A stretch of 64,000 bases of DNA, taken from Raja brachyura. Lineage: Eukaryota. The translations under genes were made by a program, and so were the position numbers. The notes beneath the pieces are model-generated. The model was given only the letters and a program-made list of their open reading frames with translations, was not told the DNA's origin and made no database searches. The DNA is taken from assembly GCA_963514005.1 (NCBI GenBank), contig OY740799.1, forward strand, positions 31,124,001 to 31,188,000, written 5' to 3'. Numbering within the stretch: position 1 is the stretch's first letter; each line of letters begins with the position of its first letter. Below, piece by piece: positions 57,201 to 64,000 of this stretch.

Positions 57201-60200
57201 AATAGTGGAAGAGGCGAAGGGAAGAGACCTTTTCTATAAAAGTGAAAATCCTTATCCATGTCTGCTGAAAGGTGCCAGACTCAATTCTCTTTTTAAAATT
57301 ATGGCAGGCAATCAGCAACAAATGGCCTCCTCAATTCGGTAGTTGTTTCTATATTTTCATGGTGAGAAACTACATTTTTTGAATAAAGCAATGAACAAAT
57401 ATTCCTGAAGAGGGGGCTATATAGAGCTTCACTAAACAAAGCACAGAGTCCAAAAGGAAACGCTAAGATTGATAGATGATGTTACTAACCTGATGTAGTG
57501 CTGGTAGTGGTCTCAGTTGTTGGTGTCGTTTCTAGTGAAAGAAAAGATTGCTCTATTCAAGTGGGGCAGCCAAGAGAATTGGTACGCAGTTATAAAGCCA
57601 TCAACAGGAATTCATGAGCTGGCACATTTTATGAAAGTGTTTTCATGTGTAGTTTGGTTGCTTCTTACTAATATGCAAAGATAAACTGCTCAGCAACAAC
57701 AGACTGTGTCCCCCGTGGCCTCTCCACGGCGTTCTGCGCCCAGCACGCTTATTTCACCACCTCGCCGGTCACTTTCCCGGACACTTCACCGGTGAATTCC
57801 CCATCACTTTACCGATTAATTGAATAAAGCGTGCGGCCATACTATACGGCTGCATTACTTTTTCCTTGTCAATCAGCAGCTGAATATTTCAGGGCCATCA
57901 TAAACAATTTCAATTTCTTAATGTACCAACTTCAGATTTTGTGGAAGCTCAGCAAGTATTCCAAGAACTACTGATCAGAAATTTAGAACATAAGGAGCGG
58001 TAAAGTGCCAAAACTGTTGCAACTCCTACCTCACAGCACCAGAGACATCAGATTGATTTGTTCCGTGGGTGTTGTGTGCATGGAGATGACATGTCCTCCC
58101 TGTTATGTGTGGCTTTCCTACAAGTGTCTGAAATATATTGTCACTAACCTGATGTAGTACTGGTAGTGGTCTCAGTTATTGATGTAGTTGTTGGTGTTCC
58201 TGGTGAAAGAAAATAACGCAATATTCAACCAAGACGGCAAGAGGAATTGGTACACAGCTAACTATTGTCAGTCAAGAAACCATCAGAAGGAATTCATAGG
58301 CTGGCACGCATTATTAAAAATTTTAACAGATGGCATTTTTGTTCTTCGTAGAATAAAATGACAGAGCAAAATATATTTGATCAATCAGCAGCTGAATATT
58401 TCTGTGCCATCACAAATAAACCTGTTCTGACTATACATCAGTTACGGATATCCTGGAAGATTACCGTCTTCCAAAGACCTCAAAATCACCATGTTGTCCA
58501 ATACCATTATTTGTTGAACCATGTTTGAAAAATCTTTGAGCTGAAACAAAACTGTTTAACAGCGTTGCCATGACAAAAAAACTCCCGGAAATCTGGAGGA
58601 GGCGAAGGGAAGAGACCTTTTCTAAAAAGCGAAAATCCTTATCCATGTCAACTGAAAAATGCCAGATTTAATGCTGTTTGTGAAATTATTGTAGGCAACC
58701 AGCACCAAAAGGCCTCCTTAATTTGGTAGTTGTTTCTATATTTTTGTGGTGAGAAACTACATTTTTGGAATAAAACAATGAACAAATATTCATGAAGAGG
58801 GGGCTATATAGAGCTTCACTAAACAAAGCACAGAGTCCAAAAGGAAAAGCTAACAAGATTGATAGATGATGATACTAACCTGATGTAGTGCTGGTGGTGG
58901 TCTCAGTTGTTGGTGTTGTTTCTAGTGAAAGAAAAGATTGCTCTATTCAAGTGGGGCAGCCAAGAGAATTGGAACGCAGATATGAAGCCATCAACAGGAA
59001 TTCATCAACTGGCATATTTTATGAAAACGTTTTACTAGTTGTCACTTTCTTCATCAGTGAATAAACCATGCGGCCATACTATACGGCTGCATTACTTTTT
59101 CCTTGTCTTTGAGAAATTGCATCTGATCAGGCATCTAGAAATATTGATTTGGCACAGCTGTGCAGCTGGTAGAGCTGCAGCCTCATAGTGTCATAGATTT
59201 GTATTCTATCCTAACCTCGGGTGCTGTCAGGGCTGGGATTGCACGTTCTCCCTTTCACTACCTGTGATCCCCCCAAGTTTTTAACAGAGGATGATACTGA
59301 CCTGATGTAGTGGTGGTCCCAGATGTTGATGTAGTTGTTTCTAGTGAAATAAAAAAATGTTATGTTCCACTGAGACAAACAAGAGGAATTGTTATGCAGT
59401 TTAGAATCCTCCAACAGGAATTTATCAACTGGCACCTTTTAATAAGAAATTTTACACTTGATCTTTCCTTATCAGTGAATATAGCGTATGGCCATACTAT
59501 GCTGCTGCATTACTTTTTCCTTGTCAATCAGCTGCTGAATGTCAGGGCCACCACAAATAATTACAACTTCTTAATGTACCAACTTCAGATTTTGTGGAAG
59601 CTCAGCAAGTATTCCAAGAACTACTGATCATAAATTTACAACATAAGCAGCGGTAAAGTGCCACAACTGTTGCAACTCCTACCTCACAGCACCAGAGACG
59701 TCAGATTGATTTGTTCCGTGGGTGCTGTGTGCAAGGAGATTACATGTACTCCCTGTTATATGTGCCTTTCCTACATGTGTGTGAAATATATTGTCACTAA
59801 CCTGATGTAGTACTGGTAGTGGTCTCTGTTGTTGATGTAGTTGTTGGTGTTTCTAGTGAAAGAAAATAATGCAATATTCAACCAGGACAGCCAAGAGGAA
59901 TTGGTACATAGCTAACTATTGGTAGTCAGGAAACCATCAGCAGGAATTCATATGGTGGCACACTTAATTGAAATGTTGAACAGAAGGCATTTTTGTTCTT
60001 CACAGAATAAAATTGTAGGGAAAATATAATTTTGATCAATCAGAAGCTGAATATTTCAGTGCCATCACAAATAATTCTGTTCTATCTATACACCAGTTGC
60101 AGATTTCCTGGAAGATCAACCATCTTCCAAAGACTGCAAGGTCTACTTAATACCATCATTTCCGATAGTATGTACTGTGTGTACTATGGGTAAGCATGTC

Positions 60201-63200
60201 TGTTCATATGCCCCATTGATACATGATTATCAACTTGCATAAATTGTGTTCATTATAATCATGTTTTTGATTTTTGCTATGGAATGGCCGTAGAAATTGA
60301 GAAGCAGAAAACACCAACTCATTTCCTCCACAAATCCAAACTATTTTGAAATTGTGACATAATTTGGTAGAATTGTTATGAGTCAAACATTGACATCTTA
60401 ACATGTATATTTGCACAATTTATGCCAATAATTTAAGCAAAGATGCAAGAAGTAAGTCACAGAGCTGATGTTAGAAATGTTGTCTCATTGTCTTCGATTT
60501 GCCAATGTTTATTGAAAGTGGTTTGACTCACCTGTTGTGGAACTGGAGGTAGTCTCAGTTGTTCCAGTTGTCAAAGATGTTGTTGGTGTTGTTCCTGGAG
60601 AGCAAATAGAAAAGAATTTACAAATTGAATTGCAAGAGTCACCAATCAATTTCAGTACGACACTGTACATTTTCAAAAGACTGGGCTGAATTTTAACAAT
60701 GTTCATTGCTTGTGCCTATGCAAAGGACATTTATTAGTAAACCAAATTTTGTTTCGTCATTTATCAAATGCACCGAAATTATAAATAGACATTGTGATTT
60801 TTAGAAGAAAGTTCTAAACTCCTTCGTTGATCAACTTTGGAACCATCATTGAGCAGAAACAAAACTGTTTAACAGCGCTGCCATGACCAAAAACTCCCGG
60901 AATAGTGGAGGAGGCGAAGGGAAGAGACCTTTTCTAAAAAGTGAAAATCCTTATCCATGTCAACTGAAAAGTGCAGATTTAATGCTCTTTTTGAAATTAT
61001 TGTAGGCAACCAGCACCAAAAGGCCTCATTAATTTGGTATTTACTTCTATATTTTCGTGGTGAGAAACTACATTTTTGGAATAAAGCAATGAACAAATAT
61101 TCATGAAGAGGGTGCGATATGGAGCTTCACTAAACAAAGCACCGAATCCAAAAGGAAAAGTTAACAAGATTGATAGATGATGTTACTAACCTGATGTAGT
61201 GCTGGTGGTGGTCTCAGTTGTTGGTGTCGTTTCTAGTGAAAGAAAAGATTGCTCTATTCAAGTGGGGCAGCCAAGAGGAATTGGTACTCAGTTATAAAGC
61301 CATCAACAGGAATTCATGAGCTGGCACATTTCATGAAAGTGTTTTAATATGTAGATTGGTTACTTCTTACTAATATGCGAAGATAAACTGCTCAGCAACA
61401 ACAGACTGTATCCCCCGCAGCCGCTCCATGGCGTTCTGCACCCAGCACGCTTATTTCACCACCTCCAATCGGTGTGTCTCCGGTGCCATCCCCGGTCACT
61501 TCCCCGTCACTTTATCGATTAATTGAATAAAGCGTGCGATCATACTATGGGCTGCATTACTTTTTACTTGTCAATCAGCGGCTGAATAATTCAGGGTCAT
61601 CATGAACAATTTCAATTTCTTAATGTACCAACTTCAGATTTTGTGGAAGCTCAGCAGTATTCTAAGAACTATTGATCAGAAATTTAGAACATAAGGAGCG
61701 GTAAAGTGCCACAACTGGCGCAACTCCTACCTCACAGCACCAGAGACATCAGATTGATTTGTTCCGTGGGTGCTGTGTACATGGAGATGACATGCCCTCC
61801 CTGTTATGTGTTGCTTTCCTACAAGTATCTGAAATATATTTCACTAACCTGATGTGGTGCTGGTAGTGGTCTCTGTTGTTGATGTAGTTGTTGGTGTTCC
61901 TAGTGAAAGAAAATAAAGCAATATTTAACCAAGACAGCCAAGAGGAATTGGTATACAGCTAACTATTGGTAGTCAGGAAACCATCAGCAGCAATTCATAT
62001 GCTGGTACACTTTATTAAAATGTTTAACAGATGACATTTTTGTTCAACCTAGAATAAAATGGCAAGGCAAAATATACTTTTGATAAATCAGCAGCTGAAT
62101 ATTTCAGTGCAATCACAAATAATCCTGTTCTATCTATACACCAGTTGCGGATTTCCTGGAAGATCAACCGTCTTCCAAAGACTGCAAGGTCTACTTAATA
62201 CCATATTTTATAATACCATTATTCGTGGATCCATTTTTGAAAAATCTTTGAGCTGAAACAAAACTGTTTAACTGCGTTGCCATGACCAAAAACTACAGGA
62301 ATAGTGGAAGAGGCGAAGGGAAGAGACCTTTTCTATAAAAGTGAAAATCCTTATCCATGTCTGCTGAAAGGTGCCAGACTCAATTCTCTTTTTAAAATTA
62401 TGGCAGGCAATCAGCAACAAATGGCCTCCTCAATTCGGTAGTTGTTTCTATATTTTCATGGTGAGAAACTACATTTTTTGAATAAAGCAATGAACAAATA
62501 TTCCTGAAGAGGGGGCTATATAGAGCTTCACTAAACAAAGCACAGAGTCCAAAAGGAAACGCTAACAAGATTGATAGATGATGTTACTAACCTGATGTAG
62601 TGCTGGTAGTGGTCTCAGTTGTTGGTGTCGTTTCTAGTGAAAGAAAAGATTGCTCTATTCAAGTGGGGCAGCCAAGAGAATTGGTACGCAGTTATAAAGC
62701 CATCAACAGGAATTCATGAGCTGGCACATTTTATGAAAGTGTTTTCATGTGTAGTTTGGTTGCTTCTTACTAATATGCAAAGATAAACTGCTCAGCAACA
62801 ACAGACTGTGTCCCCCGTGGCCTCTCCACGGCGTTCTGCGCCCAGCACGCTTATTTCACCACCTCGCCGGTCACTTTCCCGGACACTTCACCGGTGAATT
62901 CCCCATCACTTTACCGATTAATTGAATAAAGCGTGCGGCCATACTATACGGCTGCATTACTTTTTCCTTGTCAATCAGCAGCTGAATATTTCAGGGCCAT
63001 CATAAACAATTTCAATTTCTTAATGTACCAACTTCAGATTTTGTGGAAGCTCAGCAAGTATTCCAAGAACTACTGATCAGAAATGTCGAACATAAGGAGC
63101 GGTAAAGTGCCAAAACTGTTGCAACTCCTACCTCACAGCACCAGAGACATCAGATTGATTTGTTCCGTGGGTGTTGTGTGCATGGAGATGACATGTCCTC

Positions 63201-64000
63201 CCTGTTATGTGTGGCTTTCCTACAAATGTCTGAAATATATTGTCACTAACCTGATGTAGTACTGGTAGTGGTCTCAGTTATTGATGTAGTTGTTGGTGTT
63301 CCTGGTGAAAGAAAATAACGCAATATTCAACCAAGACGGCAAGAGGAATTGGTACACAGCTAACTATTGGCAGTCAAGAAACCATCAGAAGGAATTCATA
63401 GGCTGGCACGCATTATTAAAAATTTTAACAGATGGCATTTTTGTTCTTCGTAGAATAAAATGACAGAGCAAAATATATTTGATCAATCAGCAGCTGAATA
63501 TTTCTGTGCCATCACAAATAAACCTGTTCTGACTATACATCAGTTACGGATATCCTGGAAGATTAACGTCTTCCAAAGACCTCAAAATCTACTGAACGCC
63601 ATGTGGTCTAATACCAGTATTTGTTGATCCATTTTTGAAAATTCTTTGAGCTGAAACAAAACTGTTAAACAGCGTTGTCATGACAAAAAACTCCAGGAAT
63701 AGTGGAAGAGGCGAAGGGCAGAGACCTTTTCTATAAAAGTGAAAATCCTTATCCATGTCTGGTGAACAGTGCCAGACTCAATTCTCTTTATAAAATTATT
63801 GCAGGCAACCAGCAACAAAAGGCCTCCTTAATTCGGTAGTTGTTTCTATATTTTCGTGGTGAGAAACTATATTTTTGGAATAAAACAATGAACAAATATT
63901 CATGAAGTGGGGCCTATTTCGAGCTTCACCATAAAAAGTACAGAGTCCAAAAGGAAAATCTAACAAGATTGATAGATGATGATACTAACCTGATGTAGTG
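209..64000 (-). CDS. Internal portion of a giant multi-micro-exon gene encoding a mucin-like Thr/Ser-rich (PTS) domain; 99 complete exons plus 1 partial, ~1573 codons; both gene ends lie outside the window
   Basis: Each Thr-codon-rich block on the minus strand is preceded by a polypyrimidine tract + YAG (mostly TTTTCTTTCACTAG) and followed by GTTAGT, GTCAGT or GTGAGT. All are 3n long and phase 1-1, and they join into a stop-free frame. Unit peptide in transcript order H-G-F-E-D-C-B-A: ETPTTTSTTETTTSTTS ETTTSTSGTTTTS ETTPTTETTTSTTS GTPTTTSITETTTSTTS ETTPTTETTTSTTS GTPTTTSTTETTTSTTS ETTPTTETTTSTTS GTTPTTSLTTGTTETTSSSTT (79 T, 22 S, 12 E, 7 P, 5 G, 1 I, 1 L). Confidence 0.88.
868..909 (-). CDS. 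Micro-exon type B, unit 1 (42 nt): ETTPTTETTTSTTS
   Basis: Acceptor TCTTTTCTTTCACTAG, donor TCAG|GTTAGT. Confidence 0.88.
1047..1195 (-). mobile_element. ~149-bp GC/CpG-rich intronic insertion, possibly a small non-autonomous element (paralogue at 2447-2594; present in every unit)
   Basis: Absent from the homologous F-G and G-H introns (G-H intron 461 nt vs 616/617 nt). Minus-strand ends are A|TC...TTAG|T and it contains 12-bp internal repeats. The class assignment is tentative. Confidence 0.4.
1526..1576 (-). CDS. Micro-exon type C, unit 1 (51 nt): GTPTTTSTTETTTSTTS
   Basis: Acceptor TTTATTTTCTTTCACTAG, donor TCAG|GTTAGT. Confidence 0.88.
2269..2310 (-). CDS. Micro-exon type D, unit 1 (42 nt): ETTPTTETTTSTTS
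   Basis: Paralogue of exon B at +1401; same splice sites; differs from B only at synonymous Thr codons. Confidence 0.88.
2544..2591. repeat. Degenerate 12-bp minisatellite (4 copies) inside the intronic insertion; paralogue at ~1146-1192
   Basis: ccggtcactttc ccggacacttca ccggtgaattcc ccatcactttac. Confidence 0.75.
2928..2978 (-). CDS. Micro-exon type E, unit 1 (51 nt): GTPTTTSITETTTSTIS (ends ...STTS in most units)
   Basis: Acceptor TTATTTTCTTTCACCAG; donor GTCAGT in units 1 and 6, GTTAGT in the others. Confidence 0.87.
3659..3700 (-). CDS. Micro-exon type F, unit 1 (42 nt): ETTPTTETTTSTTS
   Basis: Acceptor TCTTTTCTTTCACTAG, donor TCAG|GTTAGT. Confidence 0.88.
4081..4119 (-). CDS. Micro-exon type G, unit 1 (39 nt): ETTTSTSGTTTTS
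   Basis: Acceptor TTTTTTTATTTCACTAG, donor TCAG|GTCAGT. Confidence 0.86.
4581..4631 (-). CDS. Micro-exon type H, unit 1 (51 nt): ETPTTTSTTETTTSTTS
   Basis: Acceptor TTATTTTCTTTCACTAG, donor TCAG|GTTAGT. Confidence 0.88.
5311..9733 (-). CDS. Unit 2 exon set (8 micro-exons)
   Basis: A 5311-5373, B 5970-6011, C 6628-6678, D 7371-7412, E 8030-8080, F 8761-8802 (T>A variant at 8788), G 9183-9221, H 9683-9733. Confidence 0.86.
10413..14835 (-). CDS. Unit 3 exon set (8 micro-exons)
   Basis: A 10413-10475, B 11072-11113, C 11730-11780, D 12473-12514, E 13132-13182, F 13863-13904 (T>A variant), G 14285-14323, H 14785-14835. Confidence 0.86.
15515..19937 (-). CDS. Unit 4 exon set (8 micro-exons)
   Basis: A 15515-15577, B 16174-16215, C 16832-16882, D 17575-17616, E 18234-18284, F 18965-19006, G 19387-19425, H 19887-19937. 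Confidence 0.86.
20617..25039 (-). CDS. Unit 5 exon set (8 micro-exons)
   Basis: A 20617-20679, B 21276-21317, C 21934-21984, D 22677-22718, E 23336-23386, F 24067-24108, G 24489-24527, H 24989-25039. Confidence 0.86.
25719..29629 (-). CDS. Unit 6 exon set (7 intact micro-exons; exon H has lost its acceptor)
   Basis: A 25719-25781, B 26378-26419 (E>V at 26419), C 27036-27086, D 27779-27820, E 28438-28488, F 29169-29210, G 29591-29629. Confidence 0.85.
30091..30141 (-). pseudogene. Probable pseudo-exon: unit 6 copy of exon H with acceptor AG>GG
   Basis: + strand reads gtttccagtgaaag here versus gtttctagtgaaag in all other H copies (t>c at 30143), so the minus strand has CACTGG instead of CACTAG. 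The same change creates the unique 29968..30198 ORF. Confidence 0.75.
30821..35243 (-). CDS. Unit 7 exon set (8 micro-exons)
   Basis: A 30821-30883, B 31480-31521, C 32138-32188, D 32881-32922, E 33540-33590, F 34271-34312, G 34693-34731, H 35193-35243. Confidence 0.86.
35923..40346 (-). CDS. Unit 8 exon set (8 micro-exons; 1-bp intronic insertion at ~36365)
   Basis: A 35923-35985, B 36583-36624, C 37241-37291, D 37984-38025, E 38643-38693, F 39374-39415, G 39796-39834, H 40296-40346. Confidence 0.86.
41026..48250 (-). CDS. Unit 9 exon set (12 micro-exons; C+D pair triplicated)
   Basis: A 41026-41088, B 41685-41726, C 42343-42393, D' 43086-43127, C 43744-43794, D' 44487-44528, C 45145-45195, D 45888-45929, E 46547-46597, F 47278-47319 (P>A at 47311), G 47700-47738, H 48200-48250. 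Confidence 0.85.
41727..45929. repeat. Three tandem copies of a 1401-bp sub-unit (intron, exon C, intron, exon D) inside unit 9
   Basis: Copies 41727-43127, 43128-44528, 44529-45929; the MARQN... ORF recurs at 42553, 43954 and 45355. Confidence 0.97.
48930..54753 (-). CDS. Unit 10 exon set (10 micro-exons; C+D pair duplicated)
   Basis: A 48930-48992, B 49589-49630, C 50247-50297, D' 50990-51031, C 51648-51698, D 52391-52432, E 53050-53100, F 53781-53822, G 54203-54241, H 54703-54753. Confidence 0.85.
49631..52432. repeat. Two tandem copies of the 1401-bp sub-unit inside unit 10
   Basis: Copies 49631-51031 and 51032-52432; ORF recurs at 50457 and 51858. Confidence 0.97.
55433..59852 (-). CDS. 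Unit 11 exon set (8 micro-exons; 3-bp intronic deletion at ~57465)
   Basis: A 55433-55495, B 56092-56133, C 56750-56800, D 57490-57531, E 58149-58199, F 58880-58921, G 59302-59340, H 59802-59852. Confidence 0.86.
60532..63301 (-). CDS. Unit 12 (partial) exon set (5 micro-exons)
   Basis: A 60532-60594, B 61191-61232, C 61849-61899, D 62592-62633, E 63251-63301. Confidence 0.86.
63566..63989. repeat. Diverged paralogous intron marking the edge of the homogeneous array
   Basis: From 63566 the sequence departs from the E-F intron consensus by many substitutions and is 8 bp longer up to the next exon (63990 vs expected 63982). Confidence 0.9.
63990..64000 (-). CDS. 3' end of a further B/D/F-like exon, cut by the window edge
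   Basis: gatactaac|ctgatgtagtg, i.e. ...CACTACATCAG|GTTAGT on the minus strand. Confidence 0.75.

Larger units (their letters stand above)
1..63565. repeat. Tandem array of 5102-bp units (higher-order, macrosatellite-like intragenic repeat), ~11.6 copies
   Basis: Unit starts at 1, 5103, 10205, 15307, 20409, 25511, 30613, 35715, 40818, 48722, 55225, 60324. Spacings are 5102 x7, 5103, 7904 (5102+2x1401), 6503 (5102+1401) and 5099. The ORF track recurs with the same offsets. Copies differ only by scattered SNPs and two small indels. Confidence 0.99.

Noticed and set aside
186-62256. The recurring 60-105 aa ORFs in the supplied track
   Set aside because: No recognisable domains; they lie in introns or antisense to exons and appear or vanish with single SNPs. 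Only the TTPTTSLTTGTTETTSSSTT core of the 65-aa minus ORF is real (exon A).
1-63565. Whole array as an assembly artefact
   Set aside because: Units carry distinct, mosaic SNP sets and indels, which a copied consensus would not; exact copy number still needs confirmation from spanning reads.
1-64000. Assigning a gene symbol or organism (e.g. a specific MUC or FIM gene)
   Set aside because: Only low-complexity PTS exons are present; there is no diagnostic domain in the window.

Overview
This window is eukaryotic, not prokaryotic. It is an internal part of one very large intron-rich gene on the minus strand. Bases 1 to ~63565 are a head-to-tail array of about 11.6 nearly identical 5102-bp units (two units are expanded by 1401-bp sub-duplications). 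Each unit holds 8 micro-exons (63, 42, 51, 42, 51, 42, 39 and 51 nt) with canonical AG/GT boundaries, all phase 1-1 and all multiples of 3. Spliced together they give 127 aa per unit of Thr/Ser-rich mucin-type (PTS) sequence, e.g. ETTPTTETTTSTTS and GTPTTTSTTETTTSTTS, about 80% Thr+Ser. By hand count there are 99 complete exons plus 1 partial, about 1570 aa, with no start or stop codon in the window. The supplied ORFs are mostly artefacts; the real coding signal appears only after splicing. The array is hierarchical (exon+intron monomer, 1.4-kb dimer, 5.1-kb higher-order repeat). It shows mappable unequal-crossover junctions, gene-conversion-like mosaics, one exon copy with a dead splice acceptor, a ~150-bp intronic insertion, and the array edge near 63.57 kb. 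Organism and gene name cannot be determined from this window.
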